From assembly GCA_019312665.1 (NCBI GenBank), contig JAFDCZ010000001.1, forward strand, positions 40,098 through 104,097: a stretch of 64,000 bases of DNA, in the 5' to 3' direction. Both the position numbers and the translations under genes were made by a program. Position 1 is the first letter of the stretch; the number at the start of each line of letters is the position of its first letter. Below are positions 1-7,864 of this stretch, one piece after another. This DNA comes from Deltaproteobacteria bacterium (GTDB taxonomy: Bacteria; Myxococcota_A; UBA9160; UBA6930). Below the pieces are notes generated by a model that was not told where the DNA came from, did no database searches, and saw only the letters and a list, made by a program, of their open reading frames with translations.

Positions 1-2113
1 GGTCGACGAAACTCTCCATTCCCCGGGCCTTCGCCCGCTCGTCCACGGCCATGGCCAGGCGTGAGATGATCTCCCAGTCGGACTTCGCCTCGTAGTAGGA
101 AGTCGCCTTCTCACCGGAGTGGATGTAGGGCATCAGCGGTGTCGCCCACTTGTGCTCGCTTCGCTCGTACCAACCGGCCGCCGGAAGCACGTAATCGGAC
201 TGGAGCGCCGTCGACGTCATGCGGAAATCGAGCGTCACGACCGTATGCAGCTTTGGCCAGAGGTGCTCCAGGATCCGCGGGTAGTTCCGGATCCTGCGAA
301 GCGGATTGCTCCCCATGACCAGCATCATCTTGGGATCGTTCCCGGGTTTGGGCCAGACGTATTGCCACTCTTTCTCCAGGGATTCGTCGAGCACCTCCCG
401 CACCGGTCGCTTCAGGTAGGGATCCCATTGCTCGAGCTTCTCACTCCCCTCGAGCAGGCCCCCGTGTACGTACCAGAACATCGCCCCCGAGGTCATCCTC
501 CCTTCGGAAATCACTCCACGGCTGTGCTCGTGGACGATCATCTCCTCGCTGTATCCCTCGAGCTTCATGCGCGCCGTGTCGACGACCATGCCCCCGATGA
601 CCTTTAGGGCCGTCGTGTTCATCATGTCGGACAGCGAAAACATGTCGCGAACGAAGGGCTCGATGGAATCGTGATCGAGCCAGGGGAAACCGACGAATCC
701 ACTGCCCTTCTTTCCGTAGTTTCCCGTCAAGGCGAAGACCAGGGCCTGCACCCGCTCCATCAGGTTGCCGTGGTAGTACTTCGCCATGTTGCTGGTGGTG
801 ACCATGGCAGCGGATTTCGCTTGCCCAAGCTGGAGGGCGAGTTTGCGGATGAGCGCAGGCGGCGTCCCGCAAATCTTCGAGGCGTCTTCCGGACGGAAAC
901 CCGCGAGACGCTCGCGAAGCAGCGAGAAGACCGTGGAGACACCGACGCGGCTACCATCCTTCAGCGTCACCTCGAAGCGGCCTTCCAGCTCCGGCTCGAG
1001 CCCGTCGAGTCGCAGGCTCCTCCGCGGTGCAGCCACCGCTCCCCGCTCACGGTCCCAGAAGTAGAGTTCTTCGTCGCTTCCGCTTCCCTCGAGGTCGGCC
1101 GTGCGAAGCAGGCGGCGCGTGTCGTCGCGGACAAGCATGGGAAGATCCGTCTGCTCCGCCAGGAAATCGCGATCGATCAACTCTTCCTCGACGAGCACCT
1201 GGGCGACGGAGAGACCGAGGGCGGCGTCGGTGCCGGGTTTCACCGGCACGAAAAAATCAGCATGAATCGAAGAGGCGCTGTAGTCCGGCGCGATGCAGAC
1301 GAGGCGAGCGCCCTTGTAGCGCGCCTCCGTGAGGTAGTGTGCATTGGGAATCTGGGTGTAGAGGGGATTGCTCCCCCAGATCAGGATCAGATCCGAGTAG
1401 AAGTAGTCGTCGGCCGAGCTCTCGAAGGAGATCTTCCCGAAGGTCTCGGCCGCACCTCGGTGGCCATCGCCGATCTCGGTGTTCATGTCCAGGTTGGTCG
1501 AGTCCATCAACACCGATAGGCGTTGATGGCCCGCAGTCATCGTGCCCTCGGTATAGAGGGGGCCCAGTTCCCAGATCACGCGGTCGCAGCCGTCCTGCTC
1601 GATCGTATCGAGCATCGCATCCGCCACCTCATCGGTGGCCTGCTCCCAGGAGATCCGCTTCCAACGACCGGATCCCCGCGGCCCCACACGCTTGAGCGGA
1701 TGGCGAACCCGTCCGGGGTCGTACATGCGCTCGCTGAAGCAGGCCCCCTTCTGGCAACCTCGTGGGTTCGGGTCCGGAACGGATGCGTTCGTCTGGGGAT
1801 AGTCGGCGACCTGCTCCTCGCGCCAGACCATCCCGTCCTTCACGTACACGTTCCATGCACAATGCGCCTGGTACCAACAATTCACGAAATGGCTGCTTCG
1901 AACCACCTTGTCCCAGCGCCAGCGTTCCTGGTAGACATCGCGCCAGTCACCGTAGGGGGGCGGTGCAGGCGCGACGGATGAACCGGCCAGGGCCTCGGTA
2001 TCGCCGGGCTGAAGGCAACGAAGTCCCAGTGCGAGGCTCGCCGTACCCGCCGTACCGGCGATCAGGAAGCGGCGCCGACTGATGCCGGCCCGGCGTTTCA
2101 GCTCTTGACCCAT
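1..2113 (-). CDS. Type II DMSO-reductase-family Mo-bisPGD catalytic (alpha) subunit, ethylbenzene dehydrogenase / steroid C25 dehydrogenase-like, paralog 1. The C-terminus lies beyond the left window edge (about 704 codons present).
   Basis: Absent from the ORF track because no stop lies in the window. Manual reverse-complement translation from ATG 2113 gives MGQELKRRAGISRRRFLIAGTAG (twin-arginine signal), SSHFVNCWYQAHCAWNVYVKDG and NPRGCQKGAC (His/Cys FS0 cluster motif) and MNTEIGDGHRG (candidate Mo-ligand Asp). It stays open to position 1. It is collinear with, and roughly 60-65% identical by eye to, the 37456-40380 paralog. Plus-strand ORFs 119-607, 671-1519 and 1523-1981 are its antisense shadows. 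Confidence 0.85.
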   Translation of the reverse strand, partial: MGQELKRRAGISRRRFLIAGTAGTASLALGLRCLQPGDTEALAGSSVAPAPPPYGDWRDVYQERWRWDKVVRSSHFVNCWYQAHCAWNVYVKDGMVWREEQVADYPQTNASVPDPNPRGCQKGACFSERMYDPGRVRHPLKRVGPRGSGRWKRISWEQATDEVADAMLDTIEQDGCDRVIWELGPLYTEGTMTAGHQRLSVLMDSTNLDMNTEIGDGHRGAAETFGKISFESSADDYFYSDLILIWGSNPLYTQIPNAHYLTEARYKGARLVCIAPDYSASSIHADFFVPVKPGTDAALGLSVAQVLVEEELIDRDFLAEQTDLPMLVRDDTRRLLRTADLEGSGSDEELYFWDRERGAVAAPRRSLRLDGLEPELEGRFEVTLKDGSRVGVSTVFSLLRERLAGFRPEDASKICGTPPALIRKLALQLGQAKSAAMVTTSNMAKYYHGNLMERVQALVFALTGNYGKKGSGFVGFPWLDHDSIEPFVRDMFSLSDMMNTTALKVIGGMVVDTARMKLEGYSEEMIVHEHSRGVISEGRMTSGAMFWYVHGGLLEGSEKLEQWDPYLKRPVREVLDESLEKEWQYVWPKPGNDPKMMLVMGSNPLRRIRNYPRILEHLWPKLHTVVTLDFRMTSTALQSDYVLPAAGWYERSEHKWATPLMPYIHSGEKATSYYEAKSDWEIISRLAMAVDERAKARGMESFVD

Positions 2114-3126
2114 TCGATCGTCGCCGGATCGCGATCGAAACCGCCGAACATATCCTTCCAGCGGTAAGCGATCAGCAGATCCATCAGCTCGGACTTCTCG
2201 CCCGCACGGGTCTTCGCCATCTCCGACTTCATCAGCGCGAGAACATCCAGAACCTTGGGGCCGAAGAGCGACACCAGGTATTCATCCGGGATCCGCGGCT
2301 TCGATTCGTCGACGTCTCCGTTCTCGTCGAAGCGGGGCGGCGCCAGGGGCGGCACGTAGAAGACGTTCGGATCCGTGCCGTATTCTGGATGCAGAGGAAG
2401 CGCGGCCTTCCACTTGTCGACGAGTTTCCAGATCGGTCCTTCCTCATCGTCGCGATAACCGAGGAAGCGAACGCGGCCCGGACATTGCCGCGCGCATGCA
2501 TTGGCCACGCCCTGCTCGATGCGCGGAAAGCAGAAGATGCATTTCTGGGAGACCTTTTCCGCGTGGTTGAAGTAGATCTTCTTGTAGGGGCAGGCCTCCA
2601 TGCAGAAGCGGTAGCCGCGGCAGCGGTCCTCGTCGATCAGGACGATGCCGTCCTCTTCCCGCTTCACGATGGCCTTGCGGGGACAAGCCTCCAAGCATGC
2701 GGGGTGTGTGCAGTGGTTGCAGATGCGGGGCAGGTAGAAGTAGTAGGCGTTCGGGTATTCACCGGCGCCCTGGTCTTCGTCCCAATTCGGGCCCCAGTCC
2801 GGCTCTTCGCCCTTCACCTTGAGGTGGACCTTGTCCCCCTTGCCCCCGAAGAAGACCTCCTCGTGATTGAACTCCCAGGCCTCGCCGAAATCCTTTCGCG
2901 TGGGCAGCTTCCCCGGCACGGCGGTTCCGTCGCGGAACCCACCGCCCATTTCTTCCCAGTCGCGAGGTGTACCACGCCCGGGTTGGGTGTTGACCGAGTT
3001 CCACCACATGTACTCCATGCCCTCGTCGCGGGTCCAGAGCCGCTTGCAGGCGATCGTGCACGTCTGGCAGCCGATGCATTTGTTCAGATCCATCACCATT
3101 GCGAGCTGACGGTCGGGCTTCTCCAT
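2098..3126 (-). CDS. Fe-S electron-transfer (beta) subunit of the type II DMSO-reductase-family enzyme (NarH/EbdB-like)
   Basis: 342-aa ORF with four ferredoxin-type motifs: CIGCQTCTIACK, CNHCTHPACLEACP, CRGYRFCMEACP and CIFCFPRIEQGVANACARQCP. Its last 16 nt overlap the alpha-1 start. Confidence 0.9.
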   Translation of the reverse strand: MEKPDRQLAMVMDLNKCIGCQTCTIACKRLWTRDEGMEYMWWNSVNTQPGRGTPRDWEEMGGGFRDGTAVPGKLPTRKDFGEAWEFNHEEVFFGGKGDKVHLKVKGEEPDWGPNWDEDQGAGEYPNAYYFYLPRICNHCTHPACLEACPRKAIVKREEDGIVLIDEDRCRGYRFCMEACPYKKIYFNHAEKVSQKCIFCFPRIEQGVANACARQCPGRVRFLGYRDDEEGPIWKLVDKWKAALPLHPEYGTDPNVFYVPPLAPPRFDENGDVDESKPRIPDEYLVSLFGPKVLDVLALMKSEMAKTRAGEKSELMDLLIAYRWKDMFGGFDRDPATIEWVKS

Positions 3127-3129
3127 GGG

Positions 3130-3801
3130 TTACCTCGTGGTCTCGGGAACAGCGTCGAGTTGGAGTTCATGCCAGAGCGGTCCAGAGAAGGCCTTGATCC
3201 CTGCCCGCTCGCCGTGATTCCCATCCCACACCGCGACCCCGAAGCCCGTTTCGGCACCGGGCTCGAGCTGTGCGATGGGCTCCTGCGTATCGACGCGCAA
3301 CGCACGGGCGATGACGACACACCAGCGTCCGTCCTTCCAGGTTCCCCGGCCCCGCACAAGCTCGACATCGACGGTACGACTGGAGCCGAGGCCCTCGGCG
3401 ACCACGTGCCGGGCGCGCTCGTCGTCGGCGCGCCAGTACCAGGCATTCACCGCCATGCCGGGCGCTCCCATGGTGATGATCGGAGCCCCCGCGCTGCTTG
3501 GCAGGACGACGGCCGCCCCGTCCGTAAACTCGTGATTGTCGGCGGGTTCCCGGCCCCCATTGGCTGCGCTCCACTCGAGGCGGAAGGCGAGGACCTGCCC
3601 ATCATGAACCGCCGCGACGGAAGCGCGCGCGACGGAGCCGATCTTGCGACCCGCCCACGCCGCGCGGATATGAGCCGTAAGCTGCATACCGAGGGGTGTT
3701 CCCTCGAGCTTCAGCTCTTCGCGGCCGGCCTCCTTCCACACGGCTGCCTCCGGATCGAGGAAGGTCTCGAATTGGGCGGGAGGGACGTAGTGGGCTCGCA
3801 T
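3130..3801 (-). CDS. Heme-b (gamma) subunit, EB_dh/EbdC-like domain
   Basis: 223-aa ORF. The stretch DGAAVVLPSSAGAPIITMGAPGMAVNAWYWRAD and the later GERAGIKAFSGPLW resemble the Met/Lys heme-ligand regions of ethylbenzene-dehydrogenase-type gamma subunits. It lies 3 nt upstream of beta. A GAGGAG Shine-Dalgarno sits 9 nt before the ATG. There is no hydrophobic N-terminal signal. Confidence 0.8.
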   Translation of the reverse strand: MRAHYVPPAQFETFLDPEAAVWKEAGREELKLEGTPLGMQLTAHIRAAWAGRKIGSVARASVAAVHDGQVLAFRLEWSAANGGREPADNHEFTDGAAVVLPSSAGAPIITMGAPGMAVNAWYWRADDERARHVVAEGLGSSRTVDVELVRGRGTWKDGRWCVVIARALRVDTQEPIAQLEPGAETGFGVAVWDGNHGERAGIKAFSGPLWHELQLDAVPETTR

Positions 3802-3816
3802 GTCGAAATCTCCTCG

Positions 3817-4464
3817 TCAACGCGACGAATCCCCTCCTTTGGGATTCGTCCGGGGAGTCCGCGGCTCGATCGCTTCGCAGACGAACGCCGCCGCCTGGCG
3901 AAGCCACTGCTCGAGCGGAAACTCCGAATCGTTCATCCAATGCCCCAGCGCCACGTTCAACGCGCCGAGGACCATCTCGGCCAGAAAGGTCGCCTCGAGA
4001 TCCGTGCGCACTTCTCCCGCGGCCTGCCCTTCGCGGATCACCACCGCGAAGGGTTCGTGGACCGGTGAGAGATAGGGAGCGTCCTCGCCGGGCCGCGCGT
4101 GGCCCCGCATGAGTTCGAGCAGGACCTCCCGCGCGAGGCCTCGGGCTCCGGCGACGTCCGTGGCGACGGCGCCGGCGAAGCCCCGGATGCGTTCCGAGGC
4201 CGAGACCGGCCGCTTGAGCTGCTGATCGACGAGGGCCAGGAGGTGCTCGGAGACCTCGCTCGTCATCTCGACGAGAACGGCGGACTTGTTGGCGAAGTGG
4301 TTGAAGAAGGTGGCCGGAGCGACATCCGCCTTCTCGGCGATCTGCGCCACGGTCGTCGCGTCGTAGCCATTCTTGAGGAAGAGCTGGCGAGCCGTCTCGT
4401 AGATATGGACGCGCAGCTGGCGCTTCTTTCGCTCGCGGCGTCCTTCGCTGGCGGCTTCCGACAC
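3817..4464 (-). CDS. TetR/AcrR-family transcriptional regulator
   Basis: 215 aa. N-terminal HTH region RKKRQLRVHIYETARQLFLKNGYDATTVAQIAEKADVAPATFFNHFANKSAVL. GTG start at 4464. The stop lies only 15 nt upstream of the gamma gene on the same strand. Confidence 0.9.
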   Translation of the reverse strand: MSEAASEGRRERKKRQLRVHIYETARQLFLKNGYDATTVAQIAEKADVAPATFFNHFANKSAVLVEMTSEVSEHLLALVDQQLKRPVSASERIRGFAGAVATDVAGARGLAREVLLELMRGHARPGEDAPYLSPVHEPFAVVIREGQAAGEVRTDLEATFLAEMVLGALNVALGHWMNDSEFPLEQWLRQAAAFVCEAIEPRTPRTNPKGGDSSR

Positions 4465-4472
4465 GATCGCTC

Positions 4473-4519
4473 CTAAACTGTAGAGACGACCATAACTTTA
4501 GATGACAATCTAAGTTTAG
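4473..4519. promoter_or_regulatory. AT-rich palindromic operator/promoter candidate upstream of the TetR-gamma-beta-alpha operon
   Basis: CTAAACT (4473-4479) and AGTTTAG (4513-4519) form a perfect 7-bp inverted repeat. It flanks an inner imperfect palindrome, aactttagatgacaatctaagtt. The element sits in a roughly 100-bp AT-rich gap between the TetR start (4464) and the convergent end of the CoA-transferase gene (4571). Confidence 0.4.
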
Positions 4520-4570
4520 TGCAAGGTCAAAATTGAGATTTCGCCCTACGGAGCTCCAACAATGGGCGGC

Positions 4571-5836
4571 TCAGGGTTCGTCCGCGGGCTCAATGGCCCC
4601 CGCCGCCACGGCCCGCTCGACCTCCTCCGGCGTCATTCCGAGCAGCGAGCCAAACACGGAATCGTTGTCCTGGCCCTCCCCGGCGCCTGCCCTTCCGCTG
4701 CACCCCGGCGTGCCGGAAAGGCCGAGCGGAATGCCGGTCGCGGTCACCACCCCCTTGGCCATGTGCTCGATCTGCTCGAAAAAGCCGCGGGCGGCAAGGT
4801 GCGCGTCGTGCCGGGCCAGGTCCTCTGCGGTCTGGACCACCCCGGCCGCGATGCCGGCCTCCTGCAGCGCGGTCATCAGCTCGTAATCCGTGCGCATGAG
4901 GGTGCGCGTGGCGATCTCCGCGTCCAACACCTCGGCGTGCTCCAACCGCGCGGCAAGGGACGCGAAGCGCGGCTCACCGCGCCACTCCGGCCTTCCCAAC
5001 ACGCTGCAGAAGCTCTCCCACTCGGAGTCCGTCGCAACAGAGATCGCGCACCAGCGGTCCTCGCCGCGGCAGGGGTAGCAGCCATGGGGCGCAGCGCGCC
5101 GGGAGCGATTGCCCATCTTCTCCGGCTCCTGCTTCAGGGCAAGGTACTCCATCATCACGTGCCCGAAGCCGGCCACGGTCGCCTCGTACTGCGAGAGATT
5201 GATGTACTGCCCTCCTCCCCCCCGGTGGCGGTAGTCGAGAGCGGCCAGCACGGCGACCAGCCCGTGCAGGGCGCTGATCGCGTCGGGGTAGGCGTACTGG
5301 GTCAGCGTGCACTCCCGGGAGGGAAACCCAGAGAGCCGACTCATTCCCGACAGGGCTTCGATGTTAGGCCCCCAGGTCACGTAGCGCCTGCACGGCCCCG
5401 TATCGCCGAAGCCGGACGAACTGAGCATGACGAGCCCGGGGTTTACCTGCTGGAGCTCTTCGTAGCCCAGCCCGAGCTTGCCCATGACGCCTGCGCTGTA
5501 GTTCTCGATCACTATGTCGCTGCGGGCAACGAGGCGCTTGGCCAGATCCACGGCGAGAGGCTGCCGGAGATCCAGCGTCACGAAGTGCTTGCCCGCGTTC
5601 CAATCGGTGAACCAGGGCGAGAGCCGGGGTTGGATGCCCAGATCGGGGTTCCAGGGCGGAACGTAGAGCCGCACCACGTCGGGGCGGCTCCTGGATTCCA
5701 CCCGAATCACTTCGGCGCCGCACCATGCCAGGAATCGCCCAATCCACGGCCCCGCCATCGCGGCAGAGAACTCAACGACGCGCAGGCCGGCCAGAGCCTG
5801 GGCGGGCTCGCCCGAGGATCCATCCCCTCCGGGCAT
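4571..5836 (-). CDS. Family III (CaiB/BaiF) CoA-transferase-like protein, second member of a tandem pair; Gly at the position of the catalytic Asp
   Basis: The 613-aa track ORF was trimmed to ATG 5836, which overlaps the upstream stop as ATGA. N-terminus: MPGGDGSSGEPAQALAGLRVVEFSAAMAGPWIGRFLAWCGAEVIRVESRS. The active-site region reads SSSGFGDTGPCRRYVTWGPNIEALSGM, where other paralogs have (Y/I)D. Confidence 0.85.
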   Translation of the reverse strand: MPGGDGSSGEPAQALAGLRVVEFSAAMAGPWIGRFLAWCGAEVIRVESRSRPDVVRLYVPPWNPDLGIQPRLSPWFTDWNAGKHFVTLDLRQPLAVDLAKRLVARSDIVIENYSAGVMGKLGLGYEELQQVNPGLVMLSSSGFGDTGPCRRYVTWGPNIEALSGMSRLSGFPSRECTLTQYAYPDAISALHGLVAVLAALDYRHRGGGGQYINLSQYEATVAGFGHVMMEYLALKQEPEKMGNRSRRAAPHGCYPCRGEDRWCAISVATDSEWESFCSVLGRPEWRGEPRFASLAARLEHAEVLDAEIATRTLMRTDYELMTALQEAGIAAGVVQTAEDLARHDAHLAARGFFEQIEHMAKGVVTATGIPLGLSGTPGCSGRAGAGEGQDNDSVFGSLLGMTPEEVERAVAAGAIEPADEP

Positions 5837-7059
5837 CAGATGACACCTCCAGCCTGGAGTTCTTGCACCGCCGCTTCGGAGAGGCCGAGTTCGTCGCAGA
5901 AGATCTCCCGGTTGTGCTGTCCCAGCGAGGGGGCGCAACGGTAGATGCGCCACGGCGTCTTGGAGTGCCGATAGGGTGCGCCCGGATAGGTTAGACGGCC
6001 GACCATCGGATGGTCGACCTCTTCGAAGAACCCCCGCGATTCCAGGTGGGGATCCGCCGCTACCGCTGCCGCAGAATGAACGGGCGTGACGGCGATGTGC
6101 CTGCTCTGCCCGTCGCGGTAGGCCTCCTCGACGCTGAGCCGCGACATCAAGTCCGAGATGAACAGGTCCAGGAATTCGCGGTAGGGCAGCCGATTCGAGG
6201 ACGGCCCCTCGAACATCGGATCCAGGATCTCCTGGTTTCCGGTTGCCTCGTGGACCCATTGGGCCAGGGCTTTCCAGTGCAGCGGTCGATTGACCATCAG
6301 GTAGATGCTTCCGTCCCGGCACGGATAGGCACCGGAAGGGACCGAGGCGAACAAACCGGTTCCCTGGCGCTTGGGGACGATCCCGTCGTCGAGCCACTTT
6401 CCGACGCCACAAATGTGCGAGACCGAAGCGACCACCTCCTGCACGGAAATGTCGACGTGCTGCCCCTCGCCGCGCACCGAACTGGAAAGCAGCGCGATCA
6501 AGCTGCTGGCCGCCGCAACGGTGGCGGCCGCAACATGTGCCTGACTACCGGCCAATCGCACCGGCGGATCCGTTTCGTCGCCGGTGACGGCCATCGAACC
6601 ACCCAGGGCGCTAGCCACGAGATCCGAGGAACGGAAAGCTCGATGCGGACCCGTCTGCCCGAAACCGGAAATCGAGGTGAGGACCAGGCGGGCGTTCGCC
6701 TGACGCAGGCTCTCATAGCCCAGGCCCAGGCTCTCGAGAGTGCCCGGCGCGAGAGCCTCGATGACGAGATCCGCGCTGCTCGCGAGCTTTTCGAAGAGTT
6801 CACGTCCCTCCGACCGCTGGAGATCCAGCGTCACACCGCGCTTGCTGGTGTTCAAATAGAGGAAGGAGAGGCTCTCCTCCCGGCCCGATCCCGCCTGGAT
6901 CGTCGGAGGCGTGCGCCGGCTGGGGTCGCCGCCGGGGGGCTCCAGCTTGATCACGTCGGCGCCCAGATCCGCCAGCAACTTTCCGCAGTAGGCGCCCTTC
7001 TCGTCGGCAAGTTCCAGGACTCGCCGCCCACTCAGGGCACCGCTTGGCCGGGTCGGCAT
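5836..7059 (-). CDS. Family III (CaiB/BaiF) CoA-transferase, first member of the tandem pair
   Basis: 407 aa. [41 protein letters not shown]. Active-site region [26 protein letters not shown], with Asp present. Confidence 0.9.
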   Translation of the reverse strand: [407 protein letters not shown]

Positions 7060-7111
7060 GAATCCCCCCCTGGCCTTCGACCCCCCCCACTTCGTGACGA
7101 AGGTGCCGGCC

Positions 7112-7143
7112 TTGACGTATCCTAACTCAAGAGTAAGCTACTA
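7112..7143 (+). promoter_or_regulatory. Candidate sigma70-type promoter overlapped by a palindromic operator motif in the divergent region between the CoA-transferase operon and a TetR gene
   Basis: TTGACG (7112-7117), a 16-nt spacer, then TAAGCT (7134-7139), ending 7 nt before the TetR ATG at 7146 (near-leaderless). TAACTCaaGAGTAAGCTACT (7123-7142) recurs at 18/20 identity in reverse orientation at 53100-53119. Confidence 0.35.
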
Positions 7144-7145
7144 GC

Positions 7146-7814
7146 ATGAGAGTCAGCCCCCCGGCTGCTCCGCGCCGGACCGCCCAGGTCACCCAAGAGA
7201 CCCGGGAGTTGATCCTGGCGGCAGCAGAGGCCGAGTTCGCCGCGCGCGGATTCGCCGAAGCGCGCCTGGCAGATATCGCGAAGCGCGTCGGGATCACCCG
7301 CGCGGCCGTCATCTACCACTTCCGCGACAAGAGCGCCCTCTACGACGCCGTGCTCGAGGCGGCTTTTGGGCCCCTCACCGAGCAGATCCAGACGTCGGTG
7401 AGCTTGCCAGGCTCGAACGCCGAGCGGATCGAGCGGGTCATCACGGCGTGGTTCGAGTGCGCTGTCGAGCGTCCCACGCTGGGTCGGCTGTTCATACGGG
7501 AGGTCGCTGCGGCAGAGGATACCCTGCGCCCCGAGGTCGACCGACTGGCCACACCCATGTTCGCTGCCTTTCTCAACGCCATCGAACAGGGACAACGCGA
7601 CGGCGAATTCCGCCCGATCAGCGCGATCCATGTTGCGAACATCCTCTCAGGCGCGGCGATTTGGTTGACCAGCGGAGCGCACCTGACCGGCGGACAAGAA
7701 ACCGAACCGCCCTCAGAACGCCTCGCCCGATACGGGGACGAGTTGGCCGGAGTCGCGCGCCACCTGCTGGGAATCCGGCCGCAAGACGGGGAAGGCGAGA
7801 ACGATCATGAGTGA
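7146..7814 (+). CDS. TetR/AcrR-family transcriptional regulator
   Basis: 222 aa. TRELILAAAEAEFAARGFAEARLADIAKRVGITRAAVIYHFRDKSALYDAVLE. Divergent from the 4571-7059 CoA-transferase pair. Confidence 0.9.
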   Translation: MRVSPPAAPRRTAQVTQETRELILAAAEAEFAARGFAEARLADIAKRVGITRAAVIYHFRDKSALYDAVLEAAFGPLTEQIQTSVSLPGSNAERIERVITAWFECAVERPTLGRLFIREVAAAEDTLRPEVDRLATPMFAAFLNAIEQGQRDGEFRPISAIHVANILSGAAIWLTSGAHLTGGQETEPPSERLARYGDELAGVARHLLGIRPQDGEGENDHE

Positions 7815-7864
7815 TCCGCTCCCGGAGCTCGGAGCTTCGAGAGAGAGACGGGGCGAACGAAGTC

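Noticed and set aside
1-3801. Respiratory nitrate, selenate or (per)chlorate reductase as the function of the alpha/beta/gamma genes.
   Set aside because: There is no NarI-type membrane subunit and no NarJ, transporter or chlorite dismutase genes. Three alpha paralogs are interleaved with CoA-ester catabolic genes, and one is translationally coupled to a hydratase and an ACAD. Selenate/chlorate/DMS enzymes share the same subunit types, so this rejection is contextual and needs a phylogeny.
4571-6412. N-terminally extended ORF-track calls. Examples: 4571-6412, 20621-22675, 49935-51797, 55783-57282, 46264-47127, 46767-47756, 9316-10677, 14034-15368, 15334-16494, 37456-40521, 57072-58076 and 60002-60730.
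   Set aside because: The extensions overlap the preceding well-supported gene and read as Arg/Pro-rich nonsense. Conserved N-termini (Rossmann motifs, Tat signals, family-typical starts) begin at internal ATG or GTG codons, often forming ATGA/GTGA junctions or following a Shine-Dalgarno sequence. Starts were trimmed accordingly.
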